From contig CBDBBI010000010.1 of assembly GCA_965202625.1 (NCBI GenBank), positions 183,311 through 247,310 on the forward strand: a stretch of DNA of 64,000 nt, read 5' to 3'. Each line of letters opens with the position of its first letter. Positions within the stretch are counted from its first letter, which is position 1. The stretch is from a bacterium (GTDB taxonomy: Bacteria > UBA8248). Made by a program: the position numbers and the translations under genes. The notes beneath the pieces were generated by a model. The model did no database searches. It saw only the letters and a list, made by a program, of their open reading frames with translations, and was not told the DNA's origin. Below are positions 1-9,991 of the stretch, piece after piece.

Positions 1-9
1 GTCTGTGTA

Positions 10-33
10 CGTCATTCCGGTGAATACCGGAAT
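10..33. repeat. 24-nt hairpin repeat (cgtcattccgg-N6-ccggaat), copy 1
   Basis: Stem attccgg/ccggaat with a 6-nt loop; an inverted copy lies at 1626..1649. Confidence 0.5.
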
Positions 34-180
34 CCAGAGAATTTGTCTTCTCTTTAATGCCTGTGTCCCTAGAAAGGCAAGCCCCGATACATTCTTTATG
101 ATTTCATATATGGGAACGTTGATGAAACCCTGCAATGTGCCATGGGTTTGAGGACGAATTTCACTGTGAAACTCATTGTA

Positions 181-519
181 TCAACTGCATCGGAGCAGAG
201 CACGGAATTCATGTTCTATGTTACTTTCATATCTTAGGGTCAGTGCCTTTTTGTAAGTAAGGTGTTGACATAGCCAATGGTAACAACGATCGAAAATACT
301 GTTGAATGCTGTTTGTGCTTGTTCAGCCGCTTTAGTGCTACCCTTTCCTGTTTTCGCCCAACAGAATAACCAGCATATACTTTGAGCCCTCGCCTGCTCT
401 TTTCCGTTCTCGTCTGTATATGTGTGCCAGCGAGTTTTGATGCCTTTCTGGCAAGTGCCGTGCTCAATTCGTGAAAGGTGCTTTCCTGCTTCTCGTGATG
501 ACACTTTCATCTCGACCAT
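181..519 (-). CDS. hypothetical protein (112 aa), lower GC than surroundings; possible mobile-element remnant
   Basis: ATG ORF in an AT-richer stretch; Cys/His/Trp-rich; no family recognised. Confidence 0.25.
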   Translation of the reverse strand: MVEMKVSSREAGKHLSRIEHGTCQKGIKTRWHTYTDENGKEQARAQSICWLFCWAKTGKGSTKAAEQAQTAFNSIFDRCYHWLCQHLTYKKALTLRYESNIEHEFRALLRCS

Positions 520-587
520 AATGTCGTCTCCTAATGTATTTTTACAAAGGCAAAATCATCCTGTTCCCCCATGTTTTCACTTCTATT

Positions 588-1352
588 CTATTTGAAGCGC
601 GCTTCGTTCAGCCGCCAATAGACATCCGTGCCTTGGAGTGAGGGGTTCTCCTTTGCTAAATCCCACGGCGTTTTGCCTTTTTCGTTTTTCGCCGCAGGGT
701 CGGCGCCAGCTTTTAGTAATACCTCCACGATCTCCGGAATGCTGAATTCCGCTGCCGAATGTAATGGAGTCGAGCCATCCTCATCTCGCAGATTAGGATT
801 CGCGCCAGCTTTCAGCAAAGCTCTTATGATCGCCGGATAACCCCCGCCCATTGTTCCGATCTTCGCTTTGACGCCTCTCTTCAGGGTTGCCTCGGTCAAC
901 TTGCCCTGCCGCTTAGCCGCCGCGGCTGAGTGCCCCTTTCTGAGGGCTGCCGCTTCGGCCCTTATGCCGGAGCTCGTGGCTTCAAATTGAGCGATGAAGA
1001 TTGCCTCGGCTCTCGCGCCACCTGCCGCCCGATGCAAGGGCGTCAGTCCGTGCCTGTCCCGCGCGTTCACGTCCGCCCCAGCTTTCAGTAGTGTTTTTAT
1101 GAGAGCTGGTTTTTTGCTGCTTCTCGCCGCTAAGTGCAGGGGCGTCCATCCCCCTCTATCCCGCTCGTTAACATTGGACCCGGCTTTCACGCAACGAGAG
1201 ACGTCCGCTGCGTTGGCGTGCTTGAAAAACTTCACACTCAGCCAGTCGTCGCACGAAGTCGCCGCGGATGCCGGTGTTCCGTGCGTCATCACTGCGAGCC
1301 ACAGACAGAATCCTGCGAAAAACATTTTGAAAATCCTTGAAAATACAAGCAT
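588..1352 (-). CDS. ankyrin-repeat protein with N-terminal signal peptide
   Basis: Hydrophobic N-terminus then ...ASA cleavage-like site; at least 3 ANK repeats (GWTPLHLAAR..., HGLTPLHRAA..., DGSTPLHSAAE...LLKAGADP). Confidence 0.8.
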   Translation of the reverse strand: MLVFSRIFKMFFAGFCLWLAVMTHGTPASAATSCDDWLSVKFFKHANAADVSRCVKAGSNVNERDRGGWTPLHLAARSSKKPALIKTLLKAGADVNARDRHGLTPLHRAAGGARAEAIFIAQFEATSSGIRAEAAALRKGHSAAAAKRQGKLTEATLKRGVKAKIGTMGGGYPAIIRALLKAGANPNLRDEDGSTPLHSAAEFSIPEIVEVLLKAGADPAAKNEKGKTPWDLAKENPSLQGTDVYWRLNEARFK

Positions 1353-1625
1353 CTCTACCCCTTTCTTGGTGATATGGATATGGGCTAGCTACAGCTAGTC
1401 CAGTCGATGAACAACTCACGGAGCGATGGTGGATTCCCATGAAGTTGCACAAGGATATAATTTCGTATTCCACAAGAGACCCGACAACCCGACAAGAGGT
1501 TGTTCCGTGAGGTTTTCAGCGTAGGAAATAGTGGGGGATGACGTTTGAATCCGTCAAGCGGATGATAAGGAAGAAGGGTTGATGGTTTTAATAGGATGGC
1601 TTCCGTGCAGTACGAGCAAAGATAG

Positions 1626-1649
1626 ATTCCGGCATCCGCCGGAATGACG
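1626..1649. repeat. 24-nt hairpin repeat, inverted copy 2 (attccgg-catccg-ccggaatgacg)
   Basis: Reverse complement equals cgtcattccggcggatgccggaat, matching copy 1 apart from the loop. Confidence 0.5.
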
Positions 1650-1676
1650 AGGCAAACCCTTCCGCGCTCTTAATCC

Positions 1677-2675
1677 TTACCCCGCCTCATCCCCCCGATT
1701 CAGGGCCCTCAAGGGCAAGCCAAGTACCCTGGCCGAATTTTTGTGCAGCATCGTCTCGATCTCCTGGGGCTTGACGCCGTTCTCCAGTATGAGCTGAACG
1801 AAAAAGCGCAAGCCCTCCCAGGGAGGCGCGTTGTGCAGTTGGCCGAGATCGGTGGAGAGAATCGTCCGCGCGGGGCCTACGTCTTTCACCATTTTCGCCT
1901 GCTCCTTGGCGGATATGGGCGGAGCCTTCTTATACGTGGGGTACGCGCCCGAATAGGTGAAGCAGAAAATCGCCAGATGCTCCGATGTGCGCCCCCATTT
2001 TGGCGAACTCCACCTGCTCCTCTATGGATGCGTCCACGATGTATTCCGGGTGTTGAACGATGATGTGCTTCACTCCCTCCTTTTTCGCAAGTGTTATGAG
2101 GGTGCGTACCTCGTCGACGCTCAAGTGTCCCGTGCTCAGGCAGATTTTCGCGTCGGCGATGAGCTTGCAGATGGTTCGCACCTCTGGGTATATTTTTTTG
2201 CGCGCCTCGTAAGCGAAGATGGCCAGCCCCTCTTCCTTGAGACGCACCCCTCGCACCTGCTTCATGCCCGGAAAATGGGGCGCTCCCAGCTTCTCGAGAT
2301 GGTTCAGCGCGCTGATGGTGGGCATCCACACCATCAGCGCCCCCATCTTGATGGCGGTGTTCACCGCGAAGGGGTTGAACCCGCCCACAGGGCTGGTGAG
2401 CGTGATGCTCCCGTAGATTTCGATTGCGTCGCCGAGCACGTCCCGGGGGATGGGGATGCGGCCCGTCGTGTCTCCGTGATGGACTTTGAACACCACCCCT
2501 CGCATCCCCACTGAAGCCGCGCCGCGCACACACTCAATGTGGTCGCAGACGCGCGGAAACAGGTTGGGCGCCGCGTGGATGTGGGTATCGATTGCGCCGT
2601 GAAGCAGCCAGTGCGCTCCGTCCAGGTAGATTTGTGTTTTCGTGGAGATACTCGTGGGTGCGGTGATCGAACCTC
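1677..2675 (-). pseudogene. amidohydrolase-family TIM-barrel metal-dependent hydrolase, reading frame broken around 1892-1930
   Basis: ORF 1930..3030 carries HGAIDTHIHAAPN metal-binding N-terminus and ...AHIGASGDFLL. The C-terminal ~70 aa (KDVGPARTILSTDLGQ...) continue in a different frame (ORF 1677..1892). Start (putative GTG ~2675) uncertain. The first ~120 codons of the long ORF are Ser/Pro-rich read-through. Confidence 0.55.
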
Positions 2676-3174
2676 GCACTCCACCATGGCCATTGCCGCA
2701 AGCGGGGGCCGAGGAAGTTTTGCGGGCGATGGACAAGATTGGCGGCGCGCCCGTGAGCTGGATGCGGCGCGCGGTGGAGGAAGTCGGCGCAGATCCGCTG
2801 CTCATCGGTTCCTGTTGGCCGGAGAGCGAGCCGGTATCTATTTTTTCGCAGGTTGAGAGTCTGGGCCCGTCCGCCGGGGATGAGGATAAAATTCTGGTTG
2901 GCACGGCAAGAAGATTGTTCGGGCTGTAATGGAAAAAATGGGTGGAAAGGTTTTCGGAACGCTCCCCCGCATTCGCGGGTCGCTCTCGCTCCTCCTTGCG
3001 AGAAAGTGGGGCAGAGCATTTTTTTTGCATAAGGCCCGCTAGGCTATGAAAATGTGGAGCAGGTGGGTTATTCTTTCCTGCGCTCGCCGCCGGGCCGGGA
3101 CGTCGATGAGCGGAACGCCTGCCGGGGATGATTGCGTATTTTTGCTCAAACGACTCTGAGAGGAGTTAGGTTGG

Positions 3175-3984
3175 ATGAAGATCGGCTACGTGGTCGCCAC
3201 GCCTGACGTCACGACGCCCCTGATGCCCGCGGTGCGAGGCGCGTTCAAGGAGAATCTCTCGTTTTTGAAGAGCTTGGGTTTTGATGGCGTCGAACTTGCA
3301 GTTCGGGACGCAGAGGCTTTTGAGCAGGACGCGCTGTGCAGCGCGCTGGAGGAATCGGGTCTTGAGGTTTCCCTCATCGGCACGGCGCCGATATCTTATC
3401 AGGACAAGATTGAATTGTGTCATCCGAGCACCAACACGCGCGCTCAGGCCTTGGAGCGTCTCTTCACGCATATCGACTTCGCCGGCGCGCTTGGCTGCCC
3501 AGTGAACATTGGCCGCTTCCGGGGGAACCTCCTGGATGGAGAGCGAAGAGAGGAATCCGAAGTCTGGATGTGGGACGCGCTCAGGGCGGGCGCGGACAGG
3601 GCGGCCGAGCGCGGCGTTCGCATGTTGTTCGAGCCCCATCACCGTTTCAACACGAACTTCGTGCGCTCCACGCAGGAGGGTTTGGCGTTTCTTGATAAGA
3701 TGAACCACGAGGCACTGGGTTTGTTGATAGACAGCTTTCACATGAACATTGAGGATGCCTCCTTCGCCGCCTCAATCCGCGAGGCGGGGGAAAGAATCGA
3801 TTATTTTCATGTCGCCGACAACACGCGCACCTATCCGGGTTCCGGCCATATTCCCTTTGATGAGATCATCGCCGCGCTCAGGGAAGTGGGCTATTCGGGT
3901 TATCTCTCCGCCCAACTCGCCCAGAAGCCCGATTTCGAGACGGCGGCGACCAGGACAATGGAATATCTCAGGGCGCGCCTTTGA
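3175..3984 (+). CDS. sugar phosphate isomerase/epimerase (xylose-isomerase-like TIM barrel)
   Basis: 269 aa; MKIGY...LGFDGVEL..., typical AP-endonuclease-2/xylose-isomerase-like fold signature. Confidence 0.75.
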   Translation: MKIGYVVATPDVTTPLMPAVRGAFKENLSFLKSLGFDGVELAVRDAEAFEQDALCSALEESGLEVSLIGTAPISYQDKIELCHPSTNTRAQALERLFTHIDFAGALGCPVNIGRFRGNLLDGERREESEVWMWDALRAGADRAAERGVRMLFEPHHRFNTNFVRSTQEGLAFLDKMNHEALGLLIDSFHMNIEDASFAASIREAGERIDYFHVADNTRTYPGSGHIPFDEIIAALREVGYSGYLSAQLAQKPDFETAATRTMEYLRARL

Positions 3985-4009
3985 GCCGCGACTTTTGGGG
4001 AGCGAAACG

Positions 4010-4771
4010 ATGATGGAGCAATTCCGTATGGATGGTCGCGTCGCCATCGTTACGGGCGGCACGTCCGGCATCGGCCTGGCGATAGGCAAAGCGCTCGCGC
4101 GCTCAGGCGCGCGCGTCGTTCTCGCGGGCCGCTCCCCGGAGCGGGGAAGCGAGGCACTCGGGGCCTTCCGGACGGATAATCTGACTGCGCAGTTCCACCC
4201 TTGCGATGTTGCGGACACAGAGTCGGTCTCCGGCCTGGTGAGGGCGGCGGCGCGCGAGGGGAAGCTTCACACCTTGGTGCACAGCGCGGCGATGAACATC
4301 GTGAAGTCCGCTCTCGATCACACGCCCGAGGACGTGGATGCGCTTTTGGCCTCCAACGTGCGCGGGGCTTTTTTTTGCGCACAAGAAGCCGCCAGGGTCA
4401 TGATATCCGAGGGCGGCGGAAAAATCGTTCTTCTCACCTCCATGGTGGCTGAGCGCGCGGTGCCGAACCAGTCCGCGTACATCGCTACCAAGGGCGCTCT
4501 TGTCTCTCTCGTGCGCGCGCTGGCACTCGAATGGGCACCGCATGGGGTTCAGGTGAACGCCCTAGGGCCGCAACTCACACGCACGCCGATGACGGCGGGC
4601 CTGTTCGCAAACCCCGAGAAGATGAGCGAAGTATTCGCGCGTACTCCGGCGGGACGCGCCGGCACGCCCGATGACGTTGCGGGGGCCGCGCTTTTCCTGT
4701 GCTCCGCCGCTTCGAATTACCTCACCGGACAGCACATCGTGGTGGACGGCGGCCGGGGCGCCGTCGGCTGA
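4010..4771 (+). CDS. SDR-family NAD(P)-dependent oxidoreductase
   Basis: TGGTSGIGLAIGKALA Rossmann motif, NIVKSALD, YIATKGAL (YxxxK) catalytic motif; the longer ORF 3749..4771 is an N-terminal read-through. Confidence 0.85.
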   Translation: MMEQFRMDGRVAIVTGGTSGIGLAIGKALARSGARVVLAGRSPERGSEALGAFRTDNLTAQFHPCDVADTESVSGLVRAAAREGKLHTLVHSAAMNIVKSALDHTPEDVDALLASNVRGAFFCAQEAARVMISEGGGKIVLLTSMVAERAVPNQSAYIATKGALVSLVRALALEWAPHGVQVNALGPQLTRTPMTAGLFANPEKMSEVFARTPAGRAGTPDDVAGAALFLCSAASNYLTGQHIVVDGGRGAVG

Positions 4772-5208
4772 CTTTTTATGATGCGTGGCAGGTTCTGAGC
4801 ACCCTTTCATGTGTCTTGCCTTCGTCAAACAGCGCCTGTTCTTTTTTTGCGTCCCCTTAAGGGTTGTCCAATCGCTGTCCTGCTCTCTAGGACGCTCGTG
4901 TCGTTTCAGGGAAGGCCGACGACCAGGAAGGATGCTCTTTTCTTTCGCGCGAGCGGACGCCCTCAAGGCCGAATACGCATATTTCCTCTGGGGGGATGAT
5001 CAGCAAACCGCTCTGCAAGCGCGAGAAGGGAAAAGGGCGTAGAGTCGAGCAATTTCTAGGGACTGACGTATCCCGCTTTTTGAACGTGAGAAGCGACGTC
5101 CGGCTCCGTCAGGCGCGCACGCTCATGCGTCCTCTGCGAACGTCGTCTCTCGGTGGGTGACGTCTGCCGAGCGACGCTATCGCCTTCTTTATGATGTTCT
5201 CTCCCGTA

Positions 5209-6978
5209 TTACCCCCCGTCTTTCGGGGGAATGATGGGCAGGAGCAGGTAGGGGTCTCGCCCACCGCCGGCGTGGAGGGTGACTTTGTTGTCGAAAACCG
5301 CTGGAGGGCGATCGTCGAGGTCGTTGTGCGTCATCCCGCCCGTGCCTTTGGTGGAATAATGAAACGCTCTTCCGAAGTCACTGAGAGGACCTGTGTATTC
5401 GTAGTCCTTGCCGCGCACGGTGAACGCCACCCGCCAACCAGCGGGAACGACGATGCACGAGGCGACTATCTCCACGTCGCACTCATATGCCTCGCCGGGG
5501 GTGAGTGAATCCACTCTGTCGTGGGGATGGTAGGGACGCCAGAACGAGCTTTTCTCTGGAGCCAGGGCGCGGTGCGAGGCGCGTAACCAGCCGTTGGCGA
5601 TTGGGGTGTGCGGATCGGTAGAGCCCATGAAGGTGAGTTCCTTACCCTCCGGGTCGAACACGCGAACGATGAGGAAGAGGTCGGCGTCCTGCGTGGATGA
5701 GGAGACGAAGAGCTTCGCCGCCATTGGGCCGGTGATCTCGGTCTCCTCCACCATCGGGGGCATCCAGAAGGTCACGCCTTCGCCCATGCCTTTATATTCG
5801 AGGCGTGCTTGTGCGGCGACGGGTTCCTCCACGAGTGCCTTGTTCTCCAAGTCGAGATAAAACTTTGTCCAGCGGGTTCGGGCCAAGGGCCATTCGTTCT
5901 CATAGCGATGGATGAATTTCGGCCCTGGGTGGCGGACGTTGAGCATGACGCGCGGGGTTTTCTCCCAGCCGTTGTTGACCCCTTTCAAGAAGTGATCGAA
6001 AAAGCGCTTTTGAAGGTCGAGACCGTAGGTGCTCGAGAACAGCGACCAGTGGGAGTCGCCGTGGGCCTCAAGCCACTTTTGCTCGGAGTCCGACTCCAGA
6101 AAGCCGTTGAAGTTTCCGCGCGGATGAATTCCCTGGCCGCCCCAGTTGGCGCAGGTGAGGAGCGGGAGAGTGACCTTTGAGAGATCGGCCGAGCGATCCC
6201 GATGCCATTGATCGTCGAGCGGGTGCGCTTTCAACTCCTCGAAAGGGTTGACGCGGTTCTGTGCCAGTTCCTCCTCGCTCAGCGTGATGGGACCAGCAGT
6301 GGACTCGCCCGTCACGGGGTGCTTTCTCGCGTTCGCTCCCCGTCCATACTGGACGTTCATCACCTGAATCTTCGACCACTGCTCCGTGAACTGGCTCAAG
6401 ATACCCCCGTGGTAGCCAGAGTCGCGATAGGTGTCGTTTCCACCCTCCCACGGGATGATGGCGGTCAGGTGAGGCGGCTTTCTACCGGCGATTCGCCACT
6501 GGTTGCGCGCGTAGTAGGAAATTCCCAGCATTCCGACCTTGCCGTTGCTCCACTCCTGCATGCCTGCCCATTCGATGCACTGGTAGAGGTCGTCAATTTC
6601 CCTGGGGGAGTTGGGCTGCATGAAGCCCGGCGACCAGCCCGCCCCGCGCGAGTCCACGCGGACGCAGACGTAGCCGTGTGGAATCCAGCATTCGGGGTCC
6701 GTCACCTCCCAGTTTTGATATTTGTTGGTGGACATCTTCAGTATCTCTGGATAATCCGCCACCATCTTGTTCCACTGGTGGTGATAGCCCTCCTGGTAAG
6801 CTACCCCCTTTCCATAAATTCCGTAGGTCAGGATGACGGGGTATCTCCCCTCCTCAATGGGCCGAAACACATCGGCGCGAAGGACAAGGCCATCGTCCAT
6901 CTTGATGGGCTGGTGCCAGGTGATCCGCATTTCGTCTCGATCCTCGGTTCTTGCATTTACCTCAGGGGTCTCACTCAT
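5209..6978 (-). CDS. CocE/NonD-family hydrolase (X-Pro dipeptidyl-peptidase, S15 family)
   Basis: 589 aa; RADVFRP..GRYPVILTYGIYGKG...GISYYA serine-hydrolase core, long C-terminal beta-sandwich domain. Confidence 0.85.
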   Translation of the reverse strand: MSETPEVNARTEDRDEMRITWHQPIKMDDGLVLRADVFRPIEEGRYPVILTYGIYGKGVAYQEGYHHQWNKMVADYPEILKMSTNKYQNWEVTDPECWIPHGYVCVRVDSRGAGWSPGFMQPNSPREIDDLYQCIEWAGMQEWSNGKVGMLGISYYARNQWRIAGRKPPHLTAIIPWEGGNDTYRDSGYHGGILSQFTEQWSKIQVMNVQYGRGANARKHPVTGESTAGPITLSEEELAQNRVNPFEELKAHPLDDQWHRDRSADLSKVTLPLLTCANWGGQGIHPRGNFNGFLESDSEQKWLEAHGDSHWSLFSSTYGLDLQKRFFDHFLKGVNNGWEKTPRVMLNVRHPGPKFIHRYENEWPLARTRWTKFYLDLENKALVEEPVAAQARLEYKGMGEGVTFWMPPMVEETEITGPMAAKLFVSSSTQDADLFLIVRVFDPEGKELTFMGSTDPHTPIANGWLRASHRALAPEKSSFWRPYHPHDRVDSLTPGEAYECDVEIVASCIVVPAGWRVAFTVRGKDYEYTGPLSDFGRAFHYSTKGTGGMTHNDLDDRPPAVFDNKVTLHAGGGRDPYLLLPIIPPKDGG

Positions 6979-7035
6979 GCGCGCTTCCTCTCGAAAAACG
7001 AACTCTCAATATGAAATTTTGATAATATAGCGGTG

Positions 7036-7746
7036 CTACACGCGGATGGATTCGCCCGGCTCCATTACGCTTATCTCTGCTGACAGCCCACGCTTGGCGA
7101 CCTCGTCTTGGAATTGCGCCGGCGTACCCGTGAGCGGTAGGAAGGTGGAATGGTGGATGGGCACGACGCGCGTGGCGCCCAGGAGCTCGACGGCGAGGGC
7201 CGCCTCTCGGGGGTCCATCGTGAAGCGGCTGCCGATGGGCAGGAGGCAAAGGTCCGGCGCATATAACGCACCGATGAGCTTCATGTCGCCGAAAACGGCA
7301 GTGTCCCCCGCGTGGTAGAGCCGTTTGCCGTCCTCGAACGTCAGGATGAGTCCCGCTGGCTCTCCAGCGTAGATACCCGGTTCGTTGTAGCTCGAGCTGT
7401 GCATGGCATGGGTTAGCGTGACGCCGATGCCGTCGAAATCCACCGTCCCTCCCTTACCCATGGCGCCTGCGTGCTCCTCGGCGAAACCGTCGGCCTGGGC
7501 GATGAGGTTCACCAGCTCATAGGGGCCGGCGACCGGGCATCCTCCCTGGCCGTAAACGTCCATGACGCCGGCCACGTGATCGAAATGGCCGTGGGTGAGG
7601 GCGATGAGGTCCGCTTTCTGGGGGCTTTGATGATCCTCGGGGCAGATTGGATTTCCTTCCAGCCATGGGTCGATATAAAATGTCTTTCCCCCATCCGATC
7701 GCCCGACAACTGTAGAATGTCCCAGATATGTTAAAGTTGCTCCCAT
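7036..7746 (-). CDS. metal-dependent hydrolase, beta-lactamase fold (UPF0173-like)
   Basis: LTHGHFDHVAG motif (HxHxDH), 236 aa. Confidence 0.8.
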   Translation of the reverse strand: MGATLTYLGHSTVVGRSDGGKTFYIDPWLEGNPICPEDHQSPQKADLIALTHGHFDHVAGVMDVYGQGGCPVAGPYELVNLIAQADGFAEEHAGAMGKGGTVDFDGIGVTLTHAMHSSSYNEPGIYAGEPAGLILTFEDGKRLYHAGDTAVFGDMKLIGALYAPDLCLLPIGSRFTMDPREAALAVELLGATRVVPIHHSTFLPLTGTPAQFQDEVAKRGLSAEISVMEPGESIRV

Positions 7747-7916
7747 GATCGTCCTCCCTATCGGGTTTTGGGTTTTCCCTCAGCAGTCGTTTGCCCACGG
7801 TGATAGCTGAAGTTCAAACGGCGAAGATATGCCTCTTCATATTTGCCGCATTATAGTTTCAAAGTCCTCGCTGTGAAAGGGTTTGCGGCGTTTCATGTGA
7901 GGTTTCAGGGGGTCGA

Positions 7917-8405
7917 ATGAACAGAGAAGCGATGCGCGTTAGGGCCATGCGCGTTGATGATCTTGATGAGGTGCATGACATTGAGCGGTGCTCCTTTCCG
8001 CTTCCGTGGCCGAGGGAGATTTTTTTGAGAGAGATGCGCGAAATCGAGACCTCGCACCTCCTGGTCGTGACGACGTTTGAGAACCACGCCGAGGCGACGG
8101 AATCCTCGCCCGCCCGCGTCATGGCCTACGCTTGCTGGTGGGCGGTAGCGGATGAATGCCACATCACGAATTTAGCGGTTTCTCTCGCGCATAGACGTCG
8201 GGGGGTCGGCGGGTTTTTGCTGGAGAGAATCTTGGAAGACGCCAAGAGCAAGAAGTTCGTTCGCGCGACGCTGGAGGTGCGCATCAGCAACGCGGCCGCC
8301 ATCGCCTTGTATGAAAAAAGCGGATTTACAGCGGCGGCCATGCACCCCTGCTATTATACGGACAATGGGGAGGACGCTCTGATTATGTGGAAGGAGAAAA
8401 TTTAA
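7917..8405 (+). CDS. rimI: ribosomal-protein-alanine N-acetyltransferase (GNAT)
   Basis: 162 aa GNAT; LAVSLAHRRRGVGGFLLE acetyl-CoA binding motif; RimI-like N-terminus. Confidence 0.75.
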   Translation: MNREAMRVRAMRVDDLDEVHDIERCSFPLPWPREIFLREMREIETSHLLVVTTFENHAEATESSPARVMAYACWWAVADECHITNLAVSLAHRRRGVGGFLLERILEDAKSKKFVRATLEVRISNAAAIALYEKSGFTAAAMHPCYYTDNGEDALIMWKEKI

Positions 8406-8494
8406 ACAGACCCTAGAATGACAAAGTATCGTCATTTATGCTACTAGTAATATAAGCGTGTGCAATACTCGTCCCAAGAGAGCGCAAAGCTGCT

Positions 8495-9055
8495 ATGATC
8501 TACTTTACCTTGCTGGATATGCTCATTCTCCTCGTCGTTCTGGGGTTTGGGGTTCGCAGTTTCTTGCGCGGTTTTTTTCGGGAATTTTTTTCCCTCCTTG
8601 CGCTCGGGTGCGGCGTGTTCGTCACCTTGCTCCTCGCGCCGGCGGCGCGGCCCTATGCCTCCTCCCTGCTCGGTGAGGCGGGTTCGCTCGATTTGGTGTT
8701 CAACCTGTTGTTCTTCTTCGTGGCGTGGATGCTCGTCGTGTTGTTTTTCCGTGTGATGTTCCATTTTTTCTCGACGCCTAAGCCTGAGTTGCTGTCAAGG
8801 TTCGGTGGTGGTCTTGTCGGGTGCGCCAAGGGCGTATGCCTTGTCGCCATCGTATTGCTAGGAATTGAGACCTATGCGCCGAGCTATCTCCCCAGGAGTG
8901 GAAGAACAGACAAAGTCTTGCCGTATATGCGAGAGGTGAGCGATTACATCGTCAGCCTGAGACTTCTGGACGTTCGAGATAATCTCGATTTTGTCAAGAG
9001 GACGAAGCGAGGTGGCGGGGGATGGACGAAGGACAGTCTCGATGATGAAAAATGA
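8495..9055 (+). CDS. cvpA: CvpA-family membrane protein (colicin V production protein)
   Basis: 186 aa, 4 predicted TM helices, GGLVGCAKGVCLVAIVLL motif typical of CvpA. Confidence 0.75.
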   Translation: MIYFTLLDMLILLVVLGFGVRSFLRGFFREFFSLLALGCGVFVTLLLAPAARPYASSLLGEAGSLDLVFNLLFFFVAWMLVVLFFRVMFHFFSTPKPELLSRFGGGLVGCAKGVCLVAIVLLGIETYAPSYLPRSGRTDKVLPYMREVSDYIVSLRLLDVRDNLDFVKRTKRGGGGWTKDSLDDEK

Positions 9056-9991
9056 AAGCGTGGTCGTACTGATCGGCGGTTTCTCGTCCCGGCTCGTTTT
9101 GCGATCTGGTTTCCATGATCGCCACTTGAATCGGATCCAAGGCTCTCGCTTGCCCGGAGGATGATGGTGATGCGCCTCTTAATATTTCTTTTAAGAGATG
9201 AAAGATTGCTTTTGACTTCTTCATTATCATGTCCCCTCCCGCTATTCGACAAGAACTAGGCGACGCAAATACCTTCACGCCGTGAAGTCACTTTCCGGCG
9301 TATTGATCCTAGGTTTCTGTTGTTCGTATTTTTGCTCCAGAGTTTTTGAATTTCCTTTTTCTGCCGGTATCAACCGGGTCCGCCCACTCTCTCGACGGTT
9401 TTCGATCTCGCTACGTATTCTCTCTCGTTGCCTCGAAAGGTGCCGATCAAGATTTTCTCCTGGATGTCTGCGCGGTCGGTATGCAGCTCGCCATCTGATG
9501 CGGGGGTGTGACGATCAGAAAGCCTTCACTCATGTTGCGTTCCCGCAAGTAGTCGATAACGATTTTCGTTGCCGCTTCATAAAACTAGCGCTTTCTCTTC
9601 GTCATTGAATAGAACTCGGGTTGTGGCTCACGAACGACGCTCCATTCCTGGACATGGTGCTTTCGGGTGCGGGTTACGGCGTGGCCCACAACAGGTTGAC
9701 GGTTTCTCATCGATCACCCACGAGCAGATCGATGAGAGGTTTCTCGCTTCCCTTGTCTGGCAGTGGCAGAAAACGTGTAAGTTTCGCGGTGTTAGAGGTC
9801 TCGTTCTCATTATCTCATCCACTAGGGGGCCGCAGACCTTGAGCGCTTGCAATGACGGCGAACCTCCGGGCATGGGCTTGTTCATCTTGCAGTATTTTCA
9901 AGGTTTCCTTCTGTCAATGCGCCGATCCGCGTAGGATCGCGAATCACGCGAACGCGCATTCCGGGTTTCAGCTTCTCCTCATTCAACTGTT

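Noticed and set aside
1930-3030. First ~120 codons of the 366-aa amidohydrolase ORF
   Set aside because: Ser/Pro/Arg-rich read-through upstream of the conserved HxH metal-binding N-terminus; the likely true start is an internal non-ATG codon.
3749-4009. N-terminal 87-codon extension of the SDR ORF
   Set aside because: Overlaps the 3' end of the sugar-isomerase gene in another frame; Pro/Arg/Ser-rich; the canonical SDR N-terminus begins at the ATG at 4010.
9168-9200. Hairpin ctcttaa-N8-ttaagag downstream of cvpA as a rho-independent terminator
   Set aside because: AT-rich 7-bp stem with no following U-tract; too weak to call.
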